NCBI GenBank assembly: GCA_963826115.1
Contig: CAWGVS010000010.1
Span: 256,001-320,000 of the forward strand
DNA from: an uncultured Candidatus Rokubacteria bacterium
Lineage (GTDB): Bacteria > Methylomirabilota > Methylomirabilia > Rokubacteriales > DASRDR01
Length of the DNA: 64,000 nucleotides
Direction: 5' to 3'
In this document: one piece after another, positions 9,807-19,668 of the stretch
How the letters are laid out: each line of letters starts with the position of its first letter
Position numbering within the stretch: the first letter of the stretch is position 1
Position numbers and translations under genes: made by a program
Notes under the pieces: generated by a model
Seen by the model: the letters and a program-made list of their open reading frames with translations, nothing else
What the model was told of the DNA's origin: nothing
The model's database searches: none

Positions 9807-10847
9807 TCACCACGCGCGCGTCTCCCCGTGGCGGAGGATCCACACCCGCCCGGGGTCGAGGCTCAGGCGCCGGGCCTCGGCCAGGGTGCGGACCGGCGGC
9901 TCGCCGATGGGCTCGTCGGCGAGGTTGAAGGTCCCCCAGTGGATCGCGATCAGCCGGCGCGCGCCGATGTCCGTGAAGACCTGGAGCGCCTCCTCCGGCG
10001 TCAGGTGCGAGAACTGCATCATGGCCCGGGGCATGTACGCGCCGACCGGGAGCGCCCCGAGATCGAAGGGCCCGTAGCGCCGCCCGATCTCCTGGAAGAT
10101 CGGGGCGTAGTAGCCCGTATCCCCCGCGAAGTAGAAGCGCCGCTCCCGTCCGATCACCGCCCAGCCCGCCCAGAGGCGCTGGTTCTGGTCGAAGAGGGTG
10201 CGCGCGCTCCAGTGCTGGGTCGGCAGGCACACCACCGTGAGGCCCCGGACGGTGCGGCTCTCCCACCAGTCGAGCTCCTCGACGTCGTCGATCCCGATCT
10301 CGGCGAACCAGGCCTTGAGCCCGAGCGGCACGAGGAATTGCGGGCGATGGGTCGCCCAGAGGCGTTTGACCGTGGCGACGTCCAAGTGGTCGTAGTGGTC
10401 GTGCGAGACGACGACGAAATCGATCGGCGGCAGATCCTCGAACCGGAGGCCCGGCGGCGTCACGCGCCGCGGGCCGGCGAACGAGAAGGGACTCGCGCGC
10501 TCCGACCACTGGGGATCGGTCAGGAAGCTCACGCCCTCGAGCTGGACCAGGACGGTCGAGTGCCCGACCCAGGTCACGGTGGGCTCGCTCCCGTTCTCGC
10601 GAAGGGCGGCCCCGTCGTTCACCGCGACCGGGAACTCGGCGGACCGCGAGAACGTCGACTTGAGAAGGCGCGGGATGACGAAGCTCCAGCGCGTCCAGAA
10701 GCCGGGACGGGCGTACCCGGGGTTGAGGTTGCGGAAGCCGTGGTCGAGGTGATGGGACGGCCCGTCCGGATTCGGGGCGCCGGTTCCCTGGCAGGCCGCG
10801 CCCAGCAGGACGACGATCGCCAGGAGGCAGGGGAGGCCGGCCCGCAC
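9807..10847 (-). CDS. MBL-fold metallo-hydrolase (NAPE-PLD/RomA-like), probable lipoprotein
   Basis: Motifs TWVGHST, SHDHYDHLD, FAGDTGY, LPVGAY and IHWGTF. Lipobox-like LGAA-C follows a hydrophobic N-terminus. Confidence 0.88.
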   Translation of the reverse strand: MRAGLPCLLAIVVLLGAACQGTGAPNPDGPSHHLDHGFRNLNPGYARPGFWTRWSFVIPRLLKSTFSRSAEFPVAVNDGAALRENGSEPTVTWVGHSTVLVQLEGVSFLTDPQWSERASPFSFAGPRRVTPPGLRFEDLPPIDFVVVSHDHYDHLDVATVKRLWATHRPQFLVPLGLKAWFAEIGIDDVEELDWWESRTVRGLTVVCLPTQHWSARTLFDQNQRLWAGWAVIGRERRFYFAGDTGYYAPIFQEIGRRYGPFDLGALPVGAYMPRAMMQFSHLTPEEALQVFTDIGARRLIAIHWGTFNLADEPIGEPPVRTLAEARRLSLDPGRVWILRHGETRAW

Positions 10848-10931
10848 GGGGCGAGTATACGCGACGGGGTCGCGCTGGACCGAGTTTGGCGGGGCTTGAC
10901 ACTCCGGGCCGGGTTGTCTGAAGTACGCCTC

Positions 10932-11702
10932 GTGAGCCGGAAGGGTTACCTCCGCCTCGTCGACGCCTGCGCCCTGCCGGGCTGCCCGGTCTGCGCGTGC
11001 CTCCGCGACGTGGCGGGCCGCCACCTCGCGGCCGTCCTCGCCGAGCACGTGACGGATCCGGCGTCGCGCGCCCGCCTCGCCGAGGCGTGGGGGTTCTGCG
11101 CGGCGCACGCGACGGCGCTCCGCGAGATGCCGGAGGCCGCGCTCGGCACGGCGATCGTCTACCACGCCCTCGTGGAGCGCGCGTGCCGATGGCTCGACGA
11201 GGCGGCGCGGGCCGTGGCGCCGCCGCCCCGGCGGCGCGGCTGGCGCGCCCTCGTCGGGGACGCGGGGCGCGCGGCGACCGCGGCGCGGCCCCGCCGCGCG
11301 CCCTGCCCGGTGTGCGTCGAGCTGGTGGCGGCCGAGGCGAACCAGCTGGACGCGCTTCTCGCCGGCCTGGCCGCTCCGCCGCTCGGGCCCGCCTACGTGG
11401 CCTCGGACGGCCTCTGCCTCCCGCACCTCGACCTCGCCCTCGCGCGCGGCGGCGCCCGGCCGGAAACGGCGCGCCTCGTTGCCCTCACGCGGGAGAAGCT
11501 CCGGGCCCTCGCCGACGACCTGAAGCAGTTCGTCGACAAGCACGACCACCGCGTCGCCCGGCCGGTCTTCACCGACCGCGAGGCGGGCGCCTGGCGCCAG
11601 GCGCTCTCCCTCCTGGCGGGACGAGTGGAGGTCTTCGGCCCCGAGATGCCGCGAGGCCGGGCCGCGGGAGGCCGTCCTCCGCGGGCGAAGCGGACGCCGT
11701 GA
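10932..11702 (+). CDS. DUF6062-like protein with a duplicated CPVC...GxCxxH motif
   Basis: CPVC/GFCAAH and CPVC/GLCLPH. The stop overlaps the next GTG. Confidence 0.75.
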   Translation: MSRKGYLRLVDACALPGCPVCACLRDVAGRHLAAVLAEHVTDPASRARLAEAWGFCAAHATALREMPEAALGTAIVYHALVERACRWLDEAARAVAPPPRRRGWRALVGDAGRAATAARPRRAPCPVCVELVAAEANQLDALLAGLAAPPLGPAYVASDGLCLPHLDLALARGGARPETARLVALTREKLRALADDLKQFVDKHDHRVARPVFTDREAGAWRQALSLLAGRVEVFGPEMPRGRAAGGRPPRAKRTP

Positions 11703-12496
11703 GCCACGAGGCGATCCCGGGACTCCGCCGCGTTCTGATCGGGATGGTCCACCTCCTCCCGCTGCCCGGCAGCCCGCGGTGGGGCGGCTCCATGGACGAG
11801 GTGGTCGCCCGCGCGGTGGCCGACGCGCGCGCGCTCGAGGCCGGCGGCTTCCACGCGTGCCTCGTGGAGAACTTCGGCGACGCGCCGTTCAGCCCGGGGC
11901 GCGCCGACCCGGCGAGCGTGGCGGCCGTCGCGCTCGCCGCCGCCGAGGTGCGCCGCGCCGTGGGCCTCCCCGTCGGGATCAACGTGCTGAAGAACGACGC
12001 CCAGTCGGCGCTCGCGGTGGCGGCGGCCGTGGGCGCCGCCTTCATCCGTGTCAACGTCCACGTGGGCGCGGTGGTCGGAGACCAGGGCGTGCTCCAGGGC
12101 GACGCCTACGGGACCCTCCGCTACCGGCGCCTCCTCGGGACGACGACCCGCCTCTTCGTCGACGTGGGCGGCAAGCACGCGGTCCCGCTCGCGCCGGTCG
12201 AGCTCGAGCAGGTCGCGCGGGACGCCGCGCACCGGGGGCTGGCCGACGCCCTCGTCGTCTCGGGCGTCGCCACCGGCGAGCCGACGCCGCTCGGCGACGT
12301 CAAGCGCGTGCGGGCCGCGGTCCCCGACCGGCCGATCCTGGTCGGCTCGGGCGTCGAGCCGGACACCGTGACGGAGCTCCTCCGCGTGGCCGACGGCGCC
12401 ATCGTCGGGACCTGGGTGAAGCGCGACGGCCGGACGACGGCGCCCGTCGATCCGGCTCGCGTCGCCGCCGTCGCCCGCGCCGCCCGCGCGGAGTAG
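11699..12496 (+). CDS. BtpA/SgcQ family TIM-barrel protein
   Basis: Motifs IGMVHLLPLPGSP, ENFGDAPF, GINVLKND, VSGVATG, VGSGV and GAIVGT. Confidence 0.9.
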   Translation: MSHEAIPGLRRVLIGMVHLLPLPGSPRWGGSMDEVVARAVADARALEAGGFHACLVENFGDAPFSPGRADPASVAAVALAAAEVRRAVGLPVGINVLKNDAQSALAVAAAVGAAFIRVNVHVGAVVGDQGVLQGDAYGTLRYRRLLGTTTRLFVDVGGKHAVPLAPVELEQVARDAAHRGLADALVVSGVATGEPTPLGDVKRVRAAVPDRPILVGSGVEPDTVTELLRVADGAIVGTWVKRDGRTTAPVDPARVAAVARAARAE

Positions 12497-12759
12497 CGCG
12501 TCGCCCTGCCGGATTGCGCCGTCCGTCCGGCAGGGGGCGAGAGAGCGCAGCGGTCTCCTGGAGATTCGTGGAGAGCGCCGCTCAGGGAAAGCTCGTACGC
12601 TCCTCGCGCATGGACGAGAGGGAACGGCGCATGCCTGAGTGGCTGCAGCCCGACCACTGTCCGTTCTGCGAGACCTGAGCCGGGGGAACGGGAACCGGCC
12701 ACTCCAACCGGGACCGTCGACCGGCGCAGTCTCGGTCGACCGAGCCCCGGACCGCTAGC

Positions 12760-13821
12760 TCAGACGCTCACCCAGCCCGAGCGGGCGGACTGGCGGACGG
12801 CGTCCAGCACCTTCTGGACGGCCACGCCGTCGCGGAACGTCGCGGCGGGCGCCACCGGCGCGCCGTCGAGGGCGGCCTGGACGAGGTGGTCCACCAGGCG
12901 GACGAACGACAGGCCCCAGAGCGACACGTACTGCATGCCCGGGGGCGTGGGGAGCGTCTCCGCCTCGGTCAGCTCCTGGAGCGTGTCGCCGAGCTTCCCG
13001 CCCCAGAGTCGGTCCGCCTCGTCGAGGACGAGTGAGCCGCCGTCGCCCCACACTTCCGCGCGCGGCCCGATGGCGTGCGTGGCGACGGAGCTGAGCACCA
13101 CCGTGGCGACCGCGCCGGAGCGGAAGCGGAGGGAGAAGCTCGAATAGTCGTCGGCGGTCACCCGGCGCCGGCCATGGCCGTCGGGGGCGGGCCGCTCCGG
13201 GACGAACGCGCCGATGGTGCCGGTGACGGCGACGATCTCCCCGAGCCAGTAGCGCAGGAGGTCGACCTGGTGGGACCCGACCGCGCCGAGGAGGCCGCCG
13301 CCCTGCGTCTCGTCGTACCACCAACCCCACGGCTTCGTGGGATCGTGGCGACCGGAGTTCACGATCGTCAGGAGCGCGTGGCGCGGCACGCCGATGAACC
13401 CGTCGTCGATCAGCCGCCGCACCTTCCGGCGGTTCGGATTGAAGCGGAGCTCGTGGTCGATCACGTGCACGCGTCGGGCCCGGTCGCCGTGCGCCAGCAT
13501 GTCCTCGGCCTCGGCCGTCGACATCGCCATCGGCTTCTCGCACAGGACGTGCCGGCCGGCGGCGAGCGCGGCGAGCGCCATCGGGTGGTGGAGCGACGGC
13601 TGCGTCGTGATGCTCACCAGGTCGAGGTCGGCGGCGACGAGCTTCCGCCAGTCGTCGAAGGCGTGCGGCACGCCGAGGGCGTCGGCCGTCTTCTTCGCCT
13701 TGCCGGGAGTCCCGCTCGCCACCGCCACGACCTCCGCGCGCGCGTGCGCCCGGAAGGCGGGAATCTGGACGAGCGAGCCGAAGCCAGTGCCAATCATGCC
13801 GACGCGGAGCCGCGAGGCCAT
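12760..13821 (-). CDS. Gfo/Idh/MocA family oxidoreductase
   Basis: Rossmann motif GMIGTGFG, HVLCEKP, GGGLLGAVGSH. Confidence 0.9.
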   Translation of the reverse strand: MASRLRVGMIGTGFGSLVQIPAFRAHARAEVVAVASGTPGKAKKTADALGVPHAFDDWRKLVAADLDLVSITTQPSLHHPMALAALAAGRHVLCEKPMAMSTAEAEDMLAHGDRARRVHVIDHELRFNPNRRKVRRLIDDGFIGVPRHALLTIVNSGRHDPTKPWGWWYDETQGGGLLGAVGSHQVDLLRYWLGEIVAVTGTIGAFVPERPAPDGHGRRRVTADDYSSFSLRFRSGAVATVVLSSVATHAIGPRAEVWGDGGSLVLDEADRLWGGKLGDTLQELTEAETLPTPPGMQYVSLWGLSFVRLVDHLVQAALDGAPVAPAATFRDGVAVQKVLDAVRQSARSGWVSV

Positions 13822-13852
13822 CCGGGATCCCTCCGAGGTGGTGAGTCGGTGG

Positions 13853-14992
13853 TCAGGGGGTCTTGAGTGCCGCCAGGATCGGGCGCCCGAAGGCGTCGAC
13901 GCGCCAGCGGCGGAGCCCGGGCACGCTCCGGAGCCCCGCGAGGTCGGTCGGCGGGTCGAGCGCGAGCGCGTCGATCAGGCGCTGGGGGAGGAGCACCCCC
14001 GGGTCGAGGCCCGAGCCTTCGGAGGTCTCCGTCCGCCACTTCTTGAGCGACTCCGCGCGCAGGCGGCTGGCGTTCGTGACGACCGGCCGCATCGGCCGTG
14101 GCGCCCGGGGCGGCTCGGGCATGGGCTCCGTGAGCCCGCGCGCCGTGGCCGCCAGGAGGCCCTCGCCGTACCGCTCGACGAGCCGAGGGCTCAGGCCCGG
14201 CACGCCCGCGAGCGCGGCCGGCTCGGCCGGCAGCCGCTCGGCGAGCGCGATGAGGGTCTCCGGGCTCAGGACCTTGAAGGGCGGCCGGTGCTCGGCCCGC
14301 GCCCACGCCTCCCGCTGGAGATAGAGCGCGCGGAGCACGGCCAGCCCGCGCGGCAGGAGCCGCGAGGCCCCCCGGATCCGGCGGTACGCGTCCTCGTCGG
14401 AGAGTCGCTCGGGGACGGGCAGCGCCGCCAGCGCCTCGCACTCCTCGTCGAGCCAGCTCTCGCGACCGATCGCGCGGAGCTCGACGACGAGCCGCTCCCG
14501 GAGCGGGATCAGATGGCGCACGTCCTCCGCGGCGTAGTGCTCCTGCGCCGGCGTCAGCGGCCGGCGCGCCCAGTCCGTCTTCTGCTGCGACCGGGCCGCC
14601 GGGACGTCCATGTACTTCAGGAGCAGACGCTCCAGGCCGAGCTCCCGGACGCCCAGGAAGCGCGCCGCGAGCATGGTGTCCGACAGGCCCGCGAACGCGA
14701 GACCGAACCGGCGCTTCAGGTACACCACGTCGTTGTCGCCGCTGTGGAACACCTTCAGGGTCGCGGGGTCCGCGAAGAGGGGACGGAGGGGCTCGAGGTC
14801 CACGAGGGCCAGCGCGTCCAGGAAGAAGACGCGACTCCCGGGGTCGGCCACCTGGATCAGGCAGAGGCGCTCGGGATAGTGGTGGAGGCTGTCCGCCTCG
14901 GTGTCGATGGCGATGGCCGGGACGCCCTGGAGGTCGCGGGCGAGCGCCTCGGCCTCGTCAGCGGTCCGGATCCAGACGGGGGCGGGCCACAC
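13853..14992 (-). CDS. rnd: Ribonuclease D family 3'-5' exonuclease with HRDC domains
   Basis: DEDDy motifs IDTEAD, FHSGDND, DTMLAA and DWARRPLT...YAAEDV, followed by an HRDC-like C-terminus. Confidence 0.88.
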   Translation of the reverse strand: MWPAPVWIRTADEAEALARDLQGVPAIAIDTEADSLHHYPERLCLIQVADPGSRVFFLDALALVDLEPLRPLFADPATLKVFHSGDNDVVYLKRRFGLAFAGLSDTMLAARFLGVRELGLERLLLKYMDVPAARSQQKTDWARRPLTPAQEHYAAEDVRHLIPLRERLVVELRAIGRESWLDEECEALAALPVPERLSDEDAYRRIRGASRLLPRGLAVLRALYLQREAWARAEHRPPFKVLSPETLIALAERLPAEPAALAGVPGLSPRLVERYGEGLLAATARGLTEPMPEPPRAPRPMRPVVTNASRLRAESLKKWRTETSEGSGLDPGVLLPQRLIDALALDPPTDLAGLRSVPGLRRWRVDAFGRPILAALKTP

Positions 14993-15041
14993 GCCCCAAG
15001 GATACCAGGGGGCGCCGGCCAGCGGGGGCCGGCCGTCCGGG

Positions 15042-16004
15042 TCAGTCCTCCTCGGTCCAGCGCTCCATCAGGCGGGCGCCGAGCGACCGGTGACCGAGGA
15101 AGAAGTACGTGATCATCGCGACCGACGCGAGCAGGTTCCCGATCGCCACGTTCCACCAGGGGAGCGCCCCGGCCAGCAGGGCGTCGAGCGCCTCGAGGAA
15201 CCCGAAGAAGAAGATCTGGAAGCAGAGGAACAGGACGAAGAGGCCCAGCAGGATCCGCGGCTCTCGCTCGGCGCCCAGGAGGAACGCGGCGACCGCGATC
15301 CCGAAGAACGCGAAGACCGCGAAGTGGAAGACGGTGTACCCGGCCACGACGTCGAGCCGTGGGATCAGGTGCTCCGGGTCGCGGAGCCCCTGGAGGACCG
15401 CCGCGCCCAGGAGCGCGGGCGTGTAGAGGGGCCGCAAGCGGATGGCGTCGTAGAGGAGGAACCACACCGCGACGACCGAGCCGCCGAGGAGTCCGGCCAC
15501 CATTCCCTCGCGGACGACGTCGACCCAGCGGCCGATCAGGCTCCGCGCGAGCCCGGGGTGGCACCGGTGGAAGTAGTAGAGCATCGCCGCCGAGGCGACG
15601 AGGTTTCCGGCCAGGATCTCCCACCACGCGAGCACCCCCAGGACGGGGAGCGCCCAGAAGGCGATCAGCGCCAGGAAGAAGACCTCGAAGGCCGCGAAGA
15701 AGATGAGGAGCGCGAGGACCATCGCCGGCTCGCGCTCGGCGCTCGCCACCAGGAACGCGGCGATGAGCCCGACCGCGATGAAGCCGAGGCCGTGGATGAT
15801 CGTGTAGCCGAGGATCGAACCTGCCGACACGGTCGCGAGGTTCGGGTCGCGGATGCCCTTCAGGATCGCCGACCCGAGGATCGCGGGGCTCTGAAGCGGC
15901 GCGCCGCCCGCGATGTCGAAGAGCAGGATGAGGATCGCCACCGCGGCGGCGCCGATGAGACCCGCCACGACTCCCTCGCGGACGATGCGACTCTCAGCCG
16001 CCAT
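15042..16004 (-). CDS. Internally duplicated polytopic membrane protein, last gene of the oxidase operon
   Basis: Two ~150-aa repeats (VREG.VAGL.G, GYT..H, AEREP, WW....GNL.AS.AM). Overlaps the ctaG stop. Confidence 0.8.
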   Translation of the reverse strand: MAAESRIVREGVVAGLIGAAAVAILILLFDIAGGAPLQSPAILGSAILKGIRDPNLATVSAGSILGYTIIHGLGFIAVGLIAAFLVASAEREPAMVLALLIFFAAFEVFFLALIAFWALPVLGVLAWWEILAGNLVASAAMLYYFHRCHPGLARSLIGRWVDVVREGMVAGLLGGSVVAVWFLLYDAIRLRPLYTPALLGAAVLQGLRDPEHLIPRLDVVAGYTVFHFAVFAFFGIAVAAFLLGAEREPRILLGLFVLFLCFQIFFFGFLEALDALLAGALPWWNVAIGNLLASVAMITYFFLGHRSLGARLMERWTEED

Positions 16005-16821
16005 GCGCCGTCGCCTCCACCGGACCGACCGGGGCCTCGCCGTCCTCGCGGGCCTCGGGTCCGGCCCACCGGAAGAACACCACCGTCCCCGCCACCAGGT
16101 AGCCGAACGTCCCGCCCACCCACATGAGGACCCCGGCCAGCTCCTGGTCCAGCCGGGGCGCGAGCGGCCACGCGCCGCCGGCCGTCGCGTAGAAGGGGTA
16201 GAGCAGGTCCTCGGCGAGCGTGATCGGGGCGGCGATCGCCATCATCGGGATCGTGGCCAGGAAGAGATAGAGGAGCTGGGCGGGCGGGCCCGGCCGCGGC
16301 CACTCGGGCGCCGGGCCGGCGACCGGCCACCAGAGCAGCAGCCCCGACGCGAGGAACGTCACGTGCTCCAGCGCGTGGAGCCGCTCCACGCGGAGGGCGG
16401 CGTCGAACGCCAGCGGCAGGTGCCAGACGACCTGGACCGCGGAGGCGATGGCGAGCGCGGCGAGCGGCCGGGTGAGCCACCAGCCGGCTCGCCCGACGAC
16501 GGGCGTCCGGGCGAGCGGCGCGACGAGTCCGGGCGGCAGCCCCCGGAGCCACAGGAGCGGCACGACCAGGATCAGCAGAAGGTGCTGGACCATGTGGGCC
16601 GAGAGCGCGGCGTGCTCCGCCCAGCCGGCCAGCGGTCCGAGGACCGAGCCGGCGAGGATCAGGGTGCCTCCGAGGAACGCCGCCACGCGCGCTCGCCCGG
16701 GGGGCGGGCCCCAGCCGAACCGGCGCCGCAGCACGCCGGTCGCCAGGAGATAGCCCGCCACGAGGGCCTCCAGGCCCAGCGCCACCTCCGGGTGCCAGTG
16801 GAACGCGGTCATCGCGCTCAC
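15994..16821 (-). CDS. ctaG: Cytochrome c oxidase caa3-type assembly factor
   Basis: Motifs SAHMVQHLL, WHLP, HALEH and DQELAGVLMW. Confidence 0.88.
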   Translation of the reverse strand: MSAMTAFHWHPEVALGLEALVAGYLLATGVLRRRFGWGPPPGRARVAAFLGGTLILAGSVLGPLAGWAEHAALSAHMVQHLLLILVVPLLWLRGLPPGLVAPLARTPVVGRAGWWLTRPLAALAIASAVQVVWHLPLAFDAALRVERLHALEHVTFLASGLLLWWPVAGPAPEWPRPGPPAQLLYLFLATIPMMAIAAPITLAEDLLYPFYATAGGAWPLAPRLDQELAGVLMWVGGTFGYLVAGTVVFFRWAGPEAREDGEAPVGPVEATAHGG

Positions 16822-17174
16822 CCGGCGCCCGCCGGCGTCCCGCCGGTCGTGCCGATGTGATGGAAGAGCCAGAGAAGGGCCACGGCGAGCCCGACCGCCA
16901 TGATGAGGGGCACGACGAAGACGTAGGAGAACCAGGCGTGGTCGAACCGGAGGTGCATGTAGAACATGGCGACCAGCGCGAACTTGAGCGTCGAGAGGAT
17001 CAGGAGGATCGGGACGAGGACGCGGGCCAGGGCCGGGACGTAGAAGATCCAGACCTCCATCACGGTGATCGCCAGCAGGAAGGCCGCGACCACCAGATAG
17101 GTCCGGGCGCCCGCGCCCGTGTGGACCGCGCCGGTCGAGTGCCCGGCCTCGCTCTTCGTTGCCTCTCCGCTCAC
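16818..17174 (-). CDS. ctaF: Cytochrome c oxidase subunit IV
   Basis: Three TM helices, KFALVAMFYMHLRFD, and operon position. Confidence 0.85.
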   Translation of the reverse strand: MSGEATKSEAGHSTGAVHTGAGARTYLVVAAFLLAITVMEVWIFYVPALARVLVPILLILSTLKFALVAMFYMHLRFDHAWFSYVFVVPLIMAVGLAVALLWLFHHIGTTGGTPAGAG

Positions 17175-17205
17175 GTCCGCCGCCTTCCTCGAAGCCGCCC
17201 TGATC

Positions 17206-19668
17206 CTACTGGATCAGGTAGACCAGGGTGAAGATCGCGATCCACACGACGTCCACGAAGTGCCAGTAGAGCCCGACCATGTCCACGACCGCCTCGTCCC
17301 GGGCGCCGAGCCGGCCGCGCGTCAGGAGGACCCAGAGCGTCAGGAGCCAGAGCACGCCGACGGTGACGTGGGCGCCGTGGAAGCCGACCATCACGTAGAA
17401 CGTCGCGGCGAAGAGGTTCGTCGTGAGCCCGAGCCCCTCGTGGACGAAGTGGCTGAACTCGTAGACCTGGCCGGCGAGGAACACGCCCCCGAGGGCGGCC
17501 GTCGCCAAGAGCCAGCGTCTGGCCGCGCGGACGTCGCGCGCCTGGATCGCGGCCACGCCGAGCACCATCGTCAGGCTCGACATCAGGAGGACGAAGGTGC
17601 TGATCGTGATCAGCGGGATGTTCAGGACGTCGTGGGGGTAGGGGCCCTGGAGGCTCCGGCCCCGGTAGACCATGTAGGTCGAGATCAGCGTGCCGAAGAA
17701 GAGGCACTCCGAGCCGATGAACACCCACATGCCGAGCTTCCGGTGGTCGAGGCCCGTCGCCCCGATGTGGGGATCCTCGCGGCCGTGGGCCGCGTGGCCG
17801 CTCTCGTCCGCGCGGGCCGGGACGAGCTCGGTCGCGAACCCGAGGACCGCGAGCGCGGTCAGGAGGCCCCCGAGGATCACGACCCCCAGGTGGAGCAGTG
17901 CCCCCGACACCAGCACGATCATCGCGAGGGCGGTCAGGAGGGGCCAGTGGGACGGCGCCGGCATGTGGATCGCCCCGACCGGCGCGACGAGCGCGCGGGG
18001 ATCCTCGAGGCCCGGCCCGCGCGCGTCGGGATGCTTGGTGAGCCAGAGGGCGTCCCGGCGGCGGACCGTCGGGAGCGACGCGAAGTTGTAGGCGGGGGGC
18101 GGGGAGGGGATCGCCCACTCGAGCGTCCGGCCGTCCCAGGGGTCGGGGCCCGCGGGGGCGCCCGCCCGGAGGCTCCGCGCGACGTTCGCGAGGAACACGA
18201 GCATCGAGACGCCCTGGGTGATTGCGCCGATCGTGCAGACCAGATTCCAGAAGTCCCAGCCGAGCCCCGGCGCGTAGGTGTAGATCCGCCGCGGCATGCC
18301 CATGAGCCCCAGGAAGTGCATGGGAAAGAACGTCAGGTTGAAGCCGATCAGCATGAGCCAGAAGTGGACGATCCCCAGGCGCTCGTCGAGGAGCCGCCCC
18401 GTCATCTTCGGGAACCAGTAGTAGATACCGGCGAAGAGCCCGAGCACCATGCCGCCGAACAACACGTAGTGGAAGTGCGCCACGATGAAGTAGGAGTCGG
18501 TCTGCTGGAGGTCCACGGGCGGTGAGGCGTGCATGATCCCGGAGAGGCCGCCGATCGTGAACATGGCCACGAACGAGGCGGCGAAGCAGAAGGCCGTCCG
18601 GAACCGAAGCGAGCCGCCCCAGAGGGTCGACAGCCAGTTGAAGATCTTGATGCCGGTCGGGATGGCGATCAGCATCGTCATCAGCGAGAAGGCCGAGTCG
18701 GCAATCGGGCCCATGCCGACCGCGAACATGTGGTGGGCCCATACGCCGAAGCCCAGGAAGCCGATGAGCGCCGTCGCGTAGACCATCGACGGGTAGCCGA
18801 AGAGCGGCTTCCGCGCGAAGGCCGGCAGCACCTCAGAGACGATCCCCATCGCCGGGAGGATCAGGATGTACACCTCGGGATGGCCGAAGATCCAGAAGAG
18901 GTGCTGCCAGAGGAGCGGCGAGCCGCCGCCGGCGGGGATGTAGAAGGAGGTCCCGAAGAAGCGGTCGAACATCAGGAAGATCAGGGCGACCGTGACCGGC
19001 GGGAAGGCGAGGAGGATGAGGACGTTCGTGACGATCGTCGTCCAGACGAAGATCGGCAGCCGGAGGAAGGTCATTCCCGGCGCGCGTAGGTTGAGGATGG
19101 TGACCAGGAAGTTGATGGACGCGAGGATGCTCGACGTCCCGAGGAAAATGAGACCGAAGAGCCAGAAGTCCGAGTTCGGGCCGAGGGAGAACGGCTTGGT
19201 CGTGAGTGGCGCGTAGCCGAACCACCCGGCGTCCGGCGCGGCGCCCACGAACCAGCTGGCGTTCAGGAACAGCCCGCCGAGGAGGAAGACCCAGTAGGAG
19301 AAGGCGTTGAGCCGCGGGAAGGCGACGTCCCGCGCGCCGATCATGAGCGGGATCATGTAGTTGAAGAACGCGGCCGAGAGCGGCATCACTGCCAGGAAGA
19401 CCATGCTCGTCCCGTGCATGGTGAAGAGCTCGTTGTAGCGCTGGGCGCTCAGCAGCTGGCCGTCGGGGCGCGCCAGCTGGAACCGGATCAGCAGCGCCTC
19501 CACCCCCGCGATCAGGAAGAACGCGAGCGCCGTCGAGCCGTAGAGCAGACCGATCCGCTTGTGGTCGACCGTGGTGAGCCACGCGGCGAGACCGCGGCCC
19601 TCGGCGGCCGGCATGGCGTGAGCGGCGGCGGCGACCGACGCGGCGTGACCGTGGGTGGGTGGGCTCAC
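17206..19668 (-). CDS. ctaD: Cytochrome c oxidase subunit I fused to subunit III (A1-type heme-copper oxidase)
   Basis: Subunit I motifs TVDHKRIG, FTMHG, GHPEVY, VWAHH and AHFHY are followed in the same frame by subunit III motifs GMWVFIGSE, GFHGAHV and YWHFVDVVW. The GTG start overlaps the ctaC stop. Confidence 0.93.
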   Translation of the reverse strand: MSPPTHGHAASVAAAAHAMPAAEGRGLAAWLTTVDHKRIGLLYGSTALAFFLIAGVEALLIRFQLARPDGQLLSAQRYNELFTMHGTSMVFLAVMPLSAAFFNYMIPLMIGARDVAFPRLNAFSYWVFLLGGLFLNASWFVGAAPDAGWFGYAPLTTKPFSLGPNSDFWLFGLIFLGTSSILASINFLVTILNLRAPGMTFLRLPIFVWTTIVTNVLILLAFPPVTVALIFLMFDRFFGTSFYIPAGGGSPLLWQHLFWIFGHPEVYILILPAMGIVSEVLPAFARKPLFGYPSMVYATALIGFLGFGVWAHHMFAVGMGPIADSAFSLMTMLIAIPTGIKIFNWLSTLWGGSLRFRTAFCFAASFVAMFTIGGLSGIMHASPPVDLQQTDSYFIVAHFHYVLFGGMVLGLFAGIYYWFPKMTGRLLDERLGIVHFWLMLIGFNLTFFPMHFLGLMGMPRRIYTYAPGLGWDFWNLVCTIGAITQGVSMLVFLANVARSLRAGAPAGPDPWDGRTLEWAIPSPPPAYNFASLPTVRRRDALWLTKHPDARGPGLEDPRALVAPVGAIHMPAPSHWPLLTALAMIVLVSGALLHLGVVILGGLLTALAVLGFATELVPARADESGHAAHGREDPHIGATGLDHRKLGMWVFIGSECLFFGTLISTYMVYRGRSLQGPYPHDVLNIPLITISTFVLLMSSLTMVLGVAAIQARDVRAARRWLLATAALGGVFLAGQVYEFSHFVHEGLGLTTNLFAATFYVMVGFHGAHVTVGVLWLLTLWVLLTRGRLGARDEAVVDMVGLYWHFVDVVWIAIFTLVYLIQ

